A DNA stretch of 56,994 nucleotides, filler included, from Platydemus manokwari (taxonomy: Eukaryota), in assembly GCA_037951405.1 (NCBI GenBank). It is 4 parts of 4 records of this genome, joined end to end, with 100 filler letters (N's around TTAATTAATTAA, not from the genome) between each part and the next. Parts side by side here need not be neighbours in the genome. Positions count along the whole stretch, not along the records: positions 9,614 to 27,952 come from JBBMOY010444444.1; positions 28,053 to 43,065 come from JBBMOY011362537.1; 2 more parts are not named here. One strand, given 5' to 3'. Position 1 is the first letter of the stretch; each line of letters opens with the position of its first letter. The notes under the pieces are model-generated. The model ran no database searches and was not told the DNA's origin. It saw nothing but the letters and a program-made list of their open reading frames with translations. The position numbers and the translations under genes are program-made. Below are positions 25,812 to 37,494 of this stretch, in pieces.

Positions 25812-26563
25812 AAATGTTGGGTCTACCGACTGTAGAGCGCAACAATCCTCGTAATCACCTGACTCTAAAATCAAAACAAAGTTACTGACTAAAATATGGA
25901 CTCTTCAAGTATGTGTATTAACAGTATGAGATAGATAATCAAAATAACCTGAACTGTTTTTATTGCATACAGTTTTTAATTGGTGTTGAATCAATGATAA
26001 TTAATAATAACAATAATTGAAGTGTACAGAGAAGTAATTTGATTTATCAGAAGAGTAATGGAAGACAATGAAGAAAGACATTTATTAATAATCTCAGAAT
26101 AGAGATTCTGCAGGACTTCAATACATCCGTTAGCATCAAGAATGAATAATGCTGAAAATCAATTGGGCATTTTTATTTAAAAAAAACGATGATGCTGAAT
26201 TAAGTGTTTATCACAAATATAGGGGAAAGCCAACAAGTTACTCCAAATTTTCACTTGTTTTGAAGAACGAAAATAGAAGAATCAACATTATCGTTGCAAA
26301 AAAATTTTTTTTTCATTATTTATAAGAGACATAAATATGATAAATTCGTTTGGAATTCGATTATGACTGTATTAGATTAGTAATTCGAGGATGGTATTTT
26401 GAAAAATGGTATGGGAAATGGATTAATTAAAAATATATTTGGAATTTTATGATTTGGAAGAAAAAATTATTTTGGATTTGTTTAAGATAGTGCTGATTAG
26501 GCCATGTTACAACTGCTACGACATAGTTTATCATTTCTAGAGCACATTGCAGTTCATATTACA

Positions 26564-26784
26564 TGTTAGCCGAAACTATTTTAAAAATCACACATTAAAA
26601 TCAAACAAAAAAGTCACGACACAATCAATCTATTTTAAATCCAAATATTTAAACAAATAATTCTAATTTTACATTAATTTAATTTTTATAAATTTAAAAT
26701 TAAATCTCAATAAAATTTGAAAAGAATGTGAATTAAAATTTTCTTGAATTAAATTGAAATTTAATTCATATAAAATTTCTCGCA
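26564..26784 (-). mobile_element. Solo LTR of the TRIM family
   Basis: TGTTAGCCG...TCTCGCA, close match to 22198-22396; TSD degenerate (TTACA/TAACC). Confidence 0.85.
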
Positions 26785-27197
26785 TAACCCATATGAACAG
26801 CGATAAGAATTAAAAAAAGATACTCGTTATTATAGACTGTCTGGGATTTAATATGCGGTATTCGTGCTAATCAAACTTATTAGAAAAAAGAGTTTATTCA
26901 GAAAGAAATAGAGCAATTTTAAATTTTAAGATCAATAGTTTTGGTAAATTAAAAAGCAATTAGACAGATATGGATAAGCAATCTGAACGCTAATTCATGA
27001 TAAAAGAATTTGATAAATTTAGTATTTGTCTGGTGGTTAATCTCAATTATTCAATCCAATCATAAGTATTGGTAGAAAGATGCATTTGGCAGTTAGCGGC
27101 AAGATAAATGTGACGGTAACAGTAAATACCATGAGCGAAAGTAGCTCAAACTCCTAGCAAAAGTTGAACTTTTAATTAACGCAACTCGGCAAGATTC

Positions 27198-27224
27198 TAT
27201 ATATATATATAGAGAGAGAGAGAG
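27198..27224. repeat. (TA)n(GA)n compound microsatellite
   Basis: Direct dinucleotide runs. Confidence 0.85.
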
Positions 27225-27688
27225 ATGGCTAGTAAAATCTATACGAGGAAAATAGAAAAAGTTTCAAGTCAGTCAAGTGGTGTTTCAATTTAAGAATGCG
27301 ATCAATTCCAAATGGATTGAATAACTAAAGAGATCCTCTTTTCTTTTTTTACGGTGACATTTGTTTTCATTTCAACTTTATTATTCATCACTAAAATTTT
27401 ATTTTAGATTTTCGCAGTAATAAATAAGTTAATTGATTTGTGTTGTTTCATTCATATTCTTTGAAATTTCCTGGAAAATATTTCATGCTTACCGTAACAT
27501 GCGTTTTCTCCGCCTCATTCTTGAACTTCTAACTTCTATATTGGATATCAATAATGGAATCAATAATTTCAAAATGTACAAATAAAATGAAAATAACATA
27601 AATAAAATGTTTGTTCGAACTATTTTATGAAAACCATTTCCTCAATAAACATAAAATATTAAAATAACAAAATAAACAATTACAAAAA

Positions 27689-27952
27689 GAAAATATGTGT
27701 TACTTCAGAAAAGCTTCAGATCATTCAATTATTCAACTACATCTAGCAAATAATTTATAAAATCAATTAAATTAATCAATAATGTGATTGCATAAATCAA
27801 TAATTATTAAATCGATAGGAATAACTTTAAACAATAAATAAATTAAAAATTATATTTTTAATCAATAACTAGTTTAATAAATAAATAAATAATCAAATTA
27901 ATAAATTGAAAATATGTGTTACTTCAGAAAAGCTTCAGATCATTCAATTATT
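27689..27952. repeat. Exact 45-bp direct repeat (27689-27733 and 27908-27952) at a contig end
   Basis: GAAAATATGTGTTACTTCAGAAAAGCTTCAGATCATTCAATTATT twice, 219 bp apart; second copy is cut by the linker. Confidence 0.85.
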
Positions 27953-28052
27953 NNNNNNNNNNNNNNNNNNNNNNNNNNNNNNNNNNNNNNNNNNNNTTAA
28001 TTAATTAANNNNNNNNNNNNNNNNNNNNNNNNNNNNNNNNNNNNNNNNNNNN
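27953..28052. other. Artificial contig linker
   Basis: N44-TTAATTAATTAA-N44. Confidence 0.97.
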
Positions 28053-28054
28053 TA

Positions 28055-28309
28055 GATTTTCAGAATTTATTCACAATATTTTGTTTCGATGTTAAAGCCC
28101 AAGATGAAAAATTAATAATTAATGGATGTGCAGTATCAAATGAAATTGAAAAATCATCAATATTGAAATGCAAAGCTTATTGTTGTACATTTGAAGAAAA
28201 ATCTGTTGAAATATTGATTAAGAGTGGAAAGTTGTTTACAAAACAAGATTTACTTTCAGGATTGCCCACAAGATTCAAATTAATATTCTATTATTTATTT
28301 GAAAAATGA
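28055..28309 (+). pseudogene. Double jelly-roll major capsid protein (hexon), C-terminal fragment
   Basis: DFQNLFTIFCFDVKAQDEKL...KAYCCTFEEKSVEI resembles the Polinton MCP C-terminal pattern F..LYP.F.FDVS.Q.E.L...AY; context supports it. Confidence 0.6.
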
Positions 28310-28763
28310 AAAACGATGAAAAACATTTGAAAGAATAGTTAAGGGGGGGGGTAATCCTAAACCATTTTACTATGAGGGAATAAACTAGAAATATCTGAAG
28401 AAATTATTAAAAAATTAAAAATAATATTAGATGCCAAAGACCAAACAAAGTTCGAAAATGAAGAAACTTCGTTCGAAGAAGACTATGAGAAACAAAAAGA
28501 AAAAGGTGTTTTTCCATTATTAGCTGCACTACCAGCAATTGTAGTGGGTTTAAATGAAGTTGCGGGAATTGCCGGAGTAATTGCAACTGCAGTAAATCAA
28601 TCAAACCAAGATAACAAAGTTAAAGAAGAATTAGCGCAACCAAAGGCAAAATTTGGCCTGAAACAATAAAATGAGGGTGCGAAAAGAGCCGGCCATTATA
28701 TAATTCCTTATGAAGGTAGAGCCCTATATGGTTTTGTAAGAAATACTAGAAAATACCATTTTT
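28310..28763 (+). pseudogene. Adintovirus/Polinton core or membrane-active (PX-like) protein relic
   Basis: KGVFPLLAALPAIVVGLNEVAGIAGVIATAVN followed by a helical stretch and GHYIIPYEGRALYG; resembles the GG.FP.L...AG.AG..A.AVN motif with adenain-type cleavage contexts. Confidence 0.6.
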
Positions 28764-28877
28764 AAAACGGTTTGACTGTGAGGGACTTTATTTATCAACA
28801 TGGGCTTTGTCTGACCTTCGGGCATACGAACATTAGTAATACAAAAAGTCATAAGTTTGCAAAGTGATAATTTAAAA

Positions 28878-29612
28878 TGGAGGAGAAATTAAGTGAGTTA
28901 ATTAATATTATTACTAAAAAATATAGCACGGTAATAACATCTAGTAGTAAAATATCTTAATGGAAATTTAGTTTTCCCTTACATTTAAGGTTAGATATAA
29001 GATATGAAAATGAAATTGGTTTAATGTGTATAAGTGTTTATAATTCAGTATATAATATTAATGATAGTAATAATTCTTTTAATTATAAAAATCAATTATG
29101 TAAAATTCCACTTGATGCTAGAGAAATTCCTGATATAAATGAAAATCTGCAAAATGTTGTTGATACGTATAAAATTAATGGAAAAACACAGGTTGATCCT
29201 AATAATAACTTAAGATATAATGTTAAAATTGAACTTGATAATGCCACTTTAAAAATTACAAAGAGTAATATAAAATGTATTACTTTAGGTTCTGTTTTGG
29301 GATTTATAAATAATAAAACATACACTCCCGGAAATCATTTATCGGAAAATAAAATAGATATTTTCGAGCTTACGTTAATAAATGTTGAATGTTCACTAGC
29401 TGATGTAAGTTATATTTCTGGAAAAAAGCACAAACAGCCAATTGTGTTCGCCCGGGTTATTTATATATTAAAGAAGTAAAACAATTAATTTATTTTCCAA
29501 TATTTACCAAATGCGTTAGTGAAATTATCCTTAGAAATAATAGATCAAATGGTGATTTAATAGATTTGGTGGAGAAGATATATCTTTGAAACTTCATCTC
29601 AAACAAGTTTGA
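28878..29612 (+). pseudogene. Single jelly-roll minor capsid protein (penton)
   Basis: IGLMCISVYNSVYNINDSNNSFNY..KIPLDAREIPDINENLQ...LGSVLGF...HLSENKIDI...INVECSL..SYISG...PGY, with frameshifted tail IYFPI...DQ.GDLID...ISLKLHLKQV*; typical Polinton penton pattern. Confidence 0.85.
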
Positions 29613-29680
29613 AGATCGATTTAATTCTTCTTCGCCTCAAACAGGTTTGAAGAAGGAATAGAATTACGCTTCTCAAACAG
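29598..29680. repeat. Palindromic ~36-38-bp tandem array 1
   Basis: TCAAAC-AA-GTTTGA (29599-29612), TCAAAC-AG-GTTTGA (29637-29650), half-site at 29673. Confidence 0.8.
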
Positions 29681-29724
29681 ATTTTAATGAAGTTCCACCA
29701 ATTTTTACTTTTTTATCTTTTAAA

Positions 29725-30180
29725 ATGGAACCTGGGGATGAAGTTAAAGCCAGAAATGAAATTAATTTTCTAGCTAAGTATGGTTTTAAAAAACTACTAA
29801 TTTTTATTTAATGGATCTTTCTAATAATTTAAAATTGGATGTTGAAATTATTACAAGGGATGAGTTAAAGAATTTTACTGATAAAAAATTATGTATAATA
29901 ATGAATTTGGAAACTATCAGAGAAAAGGGTTCTGATTGGGTTTCAATAAGAATTTCGCATAAAATTTATTTTGATACCTATTAAATTTTACTAACTGCAG
30001 AAGTTTATAATTTCTTTGATACTGGAAGACGAACAAATGCCAAATCCGATTTTGTTTATAATAAAATTTAAATACAATTAGAGGGGGAATTATTTGAGCA
30101 ATTATGTATGTATGTTTTATATTGTTTAGATAATTGATTAAAATTTGATTTTATTGTGGATCATATGCGGAATTCCATTC
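29725..30180 (+). pseudogene. Adenain-family cysteine (maturation) protease, inactivated
   Basis: IITRDEL...CIIMNLETIREKGSDWVSI...IYFDTY* ... YNKI*IQ...LCMYVL; matches I.NLD....G.HWV...YFDS...QIQ...CG..C, with the catalytic His position read as D. Confidence 0.8.
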
Positions 30181-30270
30181 CTAATTTAAACTAGTTTGAG
30201 ACGAAGAATAAAATTCTTCTTCAAACTTGTTTGGGACGAAGAATTTGATTCCTAATCTAAACTAGTTTGA
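30176..30270. repeat. Palindromic ~35-36-bp tandem array 2 (inverted relative to array 1)
   Basis: TTAAAC-TA-GTTTGA (30186-30199), TCAAAC-TT-GTTTGG (30221-30234), CTAAAC-TA-GTTTGA (30257-30270), separated by GACGAAGAAT-NNN-ATTC linkers that are themselves hairpin-like. Confidence 0.85.
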
Positions 30271-30304
30271 TGTATTTTACCATCTTTAAATTGTGAATTT
30301 AAAA

Positions 30305-30540
30305 ATGTCTTTGGTTCACAAGTTTGATAATAGTTCAATAAATAATATGAGAGATGTTCAAGAAATTATTAGTGCTAAAGAAAGAATTTATAATAGAAAA
30401 TATATTAATGATGAGGGTGGTAGTATGAAGTGTAATTTAGAGTTAAACAATTATAGAATAAACAAACTTGGGTGATCCAAAACATGAAACTAATGTTTTT
30501 AATAAAAATTATTTGAAAAATAAATCAATGAGATTAAAAA
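30305..30540 (+). pseudogene. Fibre-like protein relic
   Basis: GGSMKCNLELNNYRINKLG/DPKHETNVFNKNYL resembles the G.M.G.L.M...I..L.DP....D..NK.YV tail-fibre repeat seen in Polinton/adintovirus and phage fibres. Confidence 0.5.
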
Positions 30541-30639
30541 TGATTTTGAGAAACAAATTAAAGAAACAAATAAAACTTGAAGATTTATATTTATAAATCA
30601 AGTGCAAGATCTGGCTTAATGAAAGATAACAAACAGAGT

Positions 30640-31530
30640 ATTGATAACCTTGATTCCTTATATAAATCAATAATGACATTGGTAAATGATGATTAAAAAA
30701 GAAATAAAAAAGAAAAGAATACAAGAAACATTTGTTATCATTATTTTCTATATTTACTATGTTATTAGAGACAAATGGAAGGGGTAATAATTACTTAAAG
30801 ATAAAACATTTATCTTTGAAATATTTACTGCTGTATTATCTAATTCAAATATATTCCATCCACTTCCTTGAATCATCATTAAATATTTATCTAGTTGTTC
30901 GGGAAAATCTTTAATTATTTCCATTATGTCTTCTTCCTTAATATTCTCCAATCCATTTTTTAATATTTGATTTGTAAATAATTTTATTGGCGTATATTCA
31001 ATTTCTTCAATATTTGGTGTTATTTTCCACAATAATATTCTGCTTATTATTTGGAATTTATGACTTGAATATTTATCAAGAAATTCCAATATTTCATTAA
31101 ACTCTTCTGAAATATGAGAAATTATATTTGTGGTTGTTTGAGATTTTTTATTAATTTTATAGGTTTTGTAAATATTGTTAGCCGCACACTAAAATCAAAG
31201 AAAAAAGTCAAGACACGATCAATCTATTTTAAATCCAAATATTTAAACAAATATTTCTAATTTTACATTAATTTAATTTGTTATAAAATTAAAATTAAAT
31301 CTGAATAAAATTTGAATAAAATGTGAATTAAAAATGTTTGATTTAAATTGAAATTTAATTCATATATAATATCTCACAAATATCACCCATGGTTGATGAA
31401 GACGAAGTTTCGTTAAATGTTTTATTGTTATTAACAGAAGCTTTATTTTTTGCAATATGATTTTTTGATTTTTCGTGAGATTTTAGAGCTTGAAAATTTT
31501 GAAACGTCACAAATTTGGAACTTATGGAAA
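30640..31530 (-). pseudogene. N-terminal region of Maverick/adintovirus pPolB, interrupted by a solo LTR
   Basis: IQGSGWNIFELDNTAVNISKINVLSLSNYYP followed by IENNDNKCFLYS matches the GSGW....L.I.K..PL.GSSY...N.DNKCF.WS block that precedes the polymerase core in Polinton pPolB. Confidence 0.75.
31176..31378 (-). mobile_element. Solo LTR of the TRIM family
   Basis: TGTTAGCCG...TCTCACA with exact 5-bp TSD AATAT (31171-31175, 31379-31383). Confidence 0.92.
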
Positions 31531-32097
31531 ATCATTTTAAAGATCTATTTTTAATAAGGTTTTTTGTTTTTGTTTTTCTTAGATTCCTATTTTTGTTTAT
31601 TCATAAAAATTTTTTTAATAAAGTATATTCGTAGCAGTGAACACCAGACTTTTGACAGCAAAATCTTCAAATACGAGCAAGCAGTTAACTCAATCTATCA
31701 TTAGGCAGAGAGAGACGGATCTTTTTAGACAAACGTATTCAAATACTAAAATGAAAGTTTTTGTTCCTCTATTTTTCTGAAAATATATCAATAGAATCTT
31801 TGACAATCCTTCTATAATGATAGATTAATGTGGATTAGTGTTGACAGATTATTGATTTTATCTCACTGAAACAGTTGAATGATTTAGAAATGACAACATC
31901 TTATATAAACACTTCATCCGTTATATAATAATGAAAACAATGTAATCTTGACTGTGTGATTGATTTGGATGAATGGTAACTTAAAGAATTATTAAAATAA
32001 TTTTTATATTCATCAATTCAAACAAAAATAAAACCCAAAAAATATTTATTTGAATCACAAATTAACTTTTATCGATCAAATGTGAATTTGTAATTAT

Positions 32098-33044
32098 TTA
32101 ATTGAATTTAGATTTCTTTTTGCATTTGTCACGTGAACATTTCATTCCATCTGGACAGCAAGTCCCACCACCTGGACAGCATTGTCCCTGAAATGTAATG
32201 TTTACAGTTAGATAAAAGGTTAAATATCAAACATGAAAGCTGATGATCGGATATGAAATGATGTTATTATACATGATCACATGGTTAAACATGTATTATA
32301 TAATTTTATGTTTTACTTTATATATTAATAATATTATCAATAAAATTGATGTTTAAAAGATGGGTTTAAACATGAAATATTCAAAGAAACATGATTGGCT
32401 ATCAGTGAAATGCAAATATTTGACTAAATCTTACATTTGACAGTGGGCAGCAATTATAATTTCCACCAGCTCGACGACAACATCTTTGATTGCCAGGACA
32501 TAAGCATTTTTCTGAACACCCTTTTTTCAGTCCAACATCACCGAAACATGATGATGTATTCTTACAAAACGCAGGTTTGGTGTCAGTTTGATATACATTT
32601 GTATCATTAATTTTCCATTCCATATTTGACAATCGAATGCATCCTTTTCTTTCGATATCGCATATCGTTCCTTCAGGACAACAATGCGATTGGTCTTTAC
32701 AACAAACAGCCTGATATAAGTTAATTGGTTATTTAATAATGTTATAAATAATAATATTATTGATAATCAATATCAAACATGACATCACCACAAACATCAC
32801 ACCTTTATCGATCAGCTAAATATATTTCAAATGATATGCAATTTACATTCTTATATCGACAACATTTGAAACTGCCATCATTGGTTGGGCAACACGTCTT
32901 CCGTTCTCCACATGCATCTGGATTATAGCTGCAAACGTTATTAACAGTCTCAAATGAGGTAACACCGTCAGAGAATGCTGAATTGTAGATTGTCACCATG
33001 GCAAAAAGCAAGCAAATCAGTTTCATTGGATTCTTAGATAACAT
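32098..33044 (-). CDS. GRN: Small secreted granulin (two granulin modules)
   Basis: Exons 33044-32847, 32710-32435, 32187-32098, phase-0 GT-AG. Signal peptide MKLICLLFAMVTIYNSAFS; C..TCC...KCC|AVCCKDQSHCCPEGTIC and CPGNQRCC...NCC|GQCCPGGGTCCPDGMKC; introns split each module at its midpoint, as is canonical for granulins. Confidence 0.88.
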
Positions 33045-35029
33045 GAATTCAATGATTTATTAAAAAACGTGGTACACTTAATTGTGCAGCACACACTAAT
33101 GAATGTTAAATGAATGACTTAATAAAAATTTTATTGTAATAATAATTTATAGACGTACAGAAAAATGAAAATATTTACGAATCGATAATATATTATCAAA
33201 TATAAATAATCAATAATAATTATGATAAGACTATACAAAGAAGTGATAAAAAACTTACTATTTGAAGATAATTTTGAAAATATTCATTGATTTATATACT
33301 CATTTCAAGGTGTAGATTCTAGGATTATGGACCAATCAAATCATTAATCTATTGACCTTGAAGACTCATTTAAATTTCAATAAATAGATGATGGCTTTTT
33401 ATTAGTTTGTTTGATAGCGATTACCATTATCAGTTCATTGAGTGTCATCAAACTCATACAAATAATATAAGTATATTTCAAATAAAATAATCCTGATGAT
33501 TATAATCACATATAATCAGAATATAATGTCATTGACAATATATTTATTCAAAATCATTTTCTGTAATATATTTTAAATTTATTTATAAGAGCTATGATTA
33601 ATGATTTACGGTTATCATTAAGTGGCTAAAGTTCAAGCTTCATGTTGAAAATATGAAGTCACTGTAACAATAATCCGTTTAATTGTGTTTTGGTATTAAA
33701 TAGTGATTTTTTGGAGGTGAATTGATTCTTTTAATCTGGTCCTATGAGGGCCTTAATAGCTCGTATGAGAACGTAATTAAGTAATGGTTTAAATGATAAA
33801 TTCCAAAATTAATTGACTGCGGCAACAATGATTCGAATATCCCGTTGATATCAGTAAGTGTCTGTAAATTAAATAGATCACTTTCACTAATAATTAGAAC
33901 AGTACAAAAATGAGATAAAATCTCTTTTTGATAAGAACGAAAAACAAGACGACGAAAAAATAGCAAAAGGATTTAGACAAACTTTGTAGTACACTACCCA
34001 AGTAGAGAACTGCTGATATCCAACATTCCGAATATAGGAAAAGAATTCAAGAAGGGGATGCTGGTTTCATATTTCTTATTTTGTTCAGCTTATACGGTAT
34101 AATGATCGTTACTAAATGTTTTCTGTTATTGTTAATTTTTATTGACTTTTTGTATTTTCATTTTTTCGATCAGATAACATCAGATATGATGTTACTATAT
34201 TTTTTTCTTTGTATTTATTTTGCCTTTTCGGATCAGATAAGATTGAGTATTTTTCTCATGTATTTTTATTATTATTACTATTATTGCTATTATTATAATT
34301 ATTATCAAATTATTACTATTACTTCTATTATTATTATTGCTATTATTATTCTTGTTATCATTATTAATATTTTCATTCTTATCTGATCTTTATTATGATC
34401 TATTTATTTCATTATTTTAACATTGTGTCGCTCTTTCCTTTTTCCGGTTTTACAATCCGATAGAATCAGAAACTCAAGATGTTTCAAAATAATTATTAAC
34501 ACACAATAATGACATAATGAAATTAAAATACCTGAACTATTAACAATACTACATGTTAGTTGCTAGCACTTCTTTATTTTTGTGGTTGGATTCAAAAGTC
34601 ATAATTTTTTTAACACACAAATAATATATTTCCATGTTACATCTTTTCCAAACAATTATTCTATTATTTTTAACATTTTTTACAAATTTAAATTTTTTTA
34701 TAAGATTTTTAACATATTTTTTGACAGGTTACAGTAAGGATAAAATGAGGATAAAATTTTAGTGTTTATTGTCACGCTAATTAGATATTGATTGATTGAT
34801 GTTGATTGGTTGTTAAATGAATTTGTGGATTTGGAAAAGTATTATAGATTGATAGATGGAATAGATAGACTGTTTTGAAGATTTATTAAGTTATTACTTT
34901 ACTACCTACTATCGTTCGCAATAATAAGTCACGTACACACAATACCATTTACCTTTTCTAGGCTGCCGAAATTTAGGAATAATATCCTCAAATATCTCTC
35001 ACTACAATTTTTTTAAACTAATATCTGAG

Positions 35030-35550
35030 ATAAGACTTCTTCGAATATTTCCAGTCAATAGTAAAGCAAATAGTATGATTCCTTGAAGAATAGTTCAATA
35101 ATCGCCTGCCTTTTGTGTAGATAATCCATAGATTTTTATGTTTTCTGATTTACCAGCTTTATGAATAATCCAAAAATTTCCTGTTTCAGTCTTTCTGTTT
35201 TTAATTGCTTCTTGATTGTATCAGCGATCAGGCTGTCTGACTTGATCTCGAAATTCTTTGAAATGGGAAATCATAATTGGATTTTCTGGTTTTAATACTG
35301 GTTTTCTGTTGCACCGTGCAGTAAACCATTCAAATTTGCTTTCACATTCTGATTTTCATCCGATCTCATTAATTGGTATTAATTTAACCATGATACGGTC
35401 GAAACACTTTCGCCGATTCATTATATTCTGGGAGGCAAAAGTGCAATTTTTCACGAGCTTCACTAGTTGGTACTTTGGAATTCGGCATTTAATTATTATT
35501 ATGTTTTTACAGAAATATCAATTCTTAGAAGGTGTTGGTAAAGCCAATTG
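35030..35550 (-). mobile_element. Degenerate Ty3/Gypsy pol relic (RT-RNaseH connection)
   Basis: G*KSECESKFEWFTARCNRKPVLKPENP resembles W..ECE..FE.LK..L...PVL..PD; downstream FWIIHKAGKSEN resembles the RNaseH C-terminal F.I.YK.GK.N. Confidence 0.4.
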
Positions 35551-37494
35551 ATTAAATTATTTTTTTATATTTATCAAAAATAATGTAACTTAATATTGTT
35601 TGAAAAAACCCATTAAAAACATTACATATAATTAATTTACCCATAAAAGAATATTAGGAAATGGGCTGTTATATATTATCACAAAATACATAAATAAATA
35701 AATTATGAGTTATTATCTCGCACATCCAATAGTGGCAGAATAAAATAATCTTACAGAATAAATTTAATCTTATAATATGATAAGCGTGCATCAAATATAA
35801 ATACAAAGAATTTCATCCTTGTCATAATTAAAATCCAGAGCATTAAACATATATACAGTCCATAAATAGAGAATTTCTAAAGGGTAATTCAACGATGTTT
35901 ACATAAGACTGCAGTCACAGTTATCTCATGTACAATTGTTACTTGGAGATTGTTTTTATAATAAGGAAGATATAACTAATAGCGTGATTACAATAGAGCA
36001 GAGAGAAGATCATTTTGTTTTGCAGATAAGGAATCTGTATCTGCCCGGTATTTTACTGGAAGATCGAGAAGCAAAATACCGTATTTCTACAACCCTATAT
36101 AAATATTTATAACATGTGTTATATAATTACATTCAGTAAGACTCATCCTTTAATTCATTTTACTCTGATGAGGAATTTATAAAAAATTAAACCTTTTCTG
36201 AGAATTGAAAGGAGAGTTTTCCCACTTTTAAGTGTAGTATTACTTAAATGAAAATTTTATATAAGTGTTATAATTGTAGATTTTCTTGTTTGTTGGGTAT
36301 CAGTGTTAATAAAAATAAGCGTTTGTTATTCACAAGATATTGTTCTAATATCGCAAAGCAATCAAATTTCACAACAATGCCATCATCAATGCCATGACTT
36401 GTCACCATTTTAGAGGAGGCAAGCATATACATTTCGTTTAATCATAATAAGTAAGAGAAGTTATGAATAAAATTAACGAATTAAATTAAGGATTTAATTA
36501 TCAATCTTCGAAAAATACATTATCTATCGCTGTTCAGCTCGTCAACTTAGGAAATTTAAAGCAGTTGAAGTGAAAGAACAATACATATTAGGATTTATTA
36601 CTACAGTTTGATCATCGAAACTCCGTAGAACTATTAAGATGCTGAGAGCATCAATGGAAGCAAAGGAGATAACAATAATTCTATCAATAAAATCATTGGA
36701 AGAACTCCAAAAGTAATATAATGAAGACAATAAGAACTGAATTTAACAAGTTTGTGTATTTTTTTACCGGATTCAAACACTGGAGCATTTCACTTTGCAC
36801 TGCTATCCTTTTTCACTTATATTTACTCAAATGATTTATCAATTCGGTGCTATATCGGTAAATACCTCACAATAAACAGCGAGATTTTATAAAATACTGT
36901 AAGTGTATTTGATAAGGATTTATTTTATTAAATTTTTAATCTCAAAGTGTTTCTACACATATTTTTAGCATTAGACAAGGACGGTATAAATTGTATAAGC
37001 CTTATTTATTATTGGTTAAATCCCTCCATATCCACAGTCAAACAATCCAAGCAAATTCTACTTGTACGATTTTCAAATAGTCGACATCAATCGATAATAA
37101 ATTTTCAAAAGACATCAACAACTCGAAAAGTGTAATTGAATAAATTTTTATATATATGCGTATTAAACGAATAGAAAATCAGCATCATATGAATAATCTA
37201 TTTTGTTATTGTAATAATGATCATCATCAGTATTATTAATATCTAAGAATGATCTCTTGATAGAAAAGTACTAAAAATCATTTCCAATCACTCCCAAATG
37301 GCATATCAACAATAAGATTATTATCAACACACGCACACACACACAATCTAGATTTCTTCATTATCGATGTTCAATTTTTACAGGAATTTTTTTTTTAATA
37401 GGAAATTTGATATTTTTTTTTAAAACAACAAAAATATTTTTTTTTGTGAATTGGTTTTTGTATCATTTCTTTCTGGAAAAAAAGGAGGTAAACA

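Larger units (their letters stand above)
20340..25923 (-). mobile_element. Decayed Ty3/Gypsy LTR retrotransposon carrying a chuvirus-like glycoprotein; 3' LTR not found
   Basis: Order on minus strand: LTR end (..CCCAACA at 25815) - tRNA-Trp PBS - tandem-repeat leader - gag - glycoprotein fragment - protease (LIDSGA) - RT (YLDD) - RNaseH (TDAS...ADALSR) - integrase C-terminal remnant - hydrophobic signal-like stub. Numerous stops, frameshifts and deletions. Outer LTR boundary (25923) is tentative. Confidence 0.9.
28053..31530. mobile_element. Decayed Maverick/Polinton (adintovirus-like) endogenous viral element
   Basis: Intronless cluster of disrupted genes: MCP C-terminus, core/PX-like, penton, adenain, fibre-like (all +), convergent with a pPolB N-terminal region (-). 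No TIR seen; left end cut by the contig linker. Confidence 0.85.

Noticed and set aside
27689-27952. 45-bp direct repeat as a possible LTR or functional element
   Set aside because: Lies at a contig end; more likely a collapsed tandem repeat, and no PBS or PPT is adjacent.
29598-30270. CRISPR-like appearance of regularly spaced palindromes
   Set aside because: The spacers are similar to each other rather than unique, there are at most three units per array, no cas genes, and the context is eukaryotic/viral.
34081-34386. 101-aa hydrophobic ORF suggesting a membrane protein
   Set aside because: Arises from low-complexity (TAT/ATT)n sequence.
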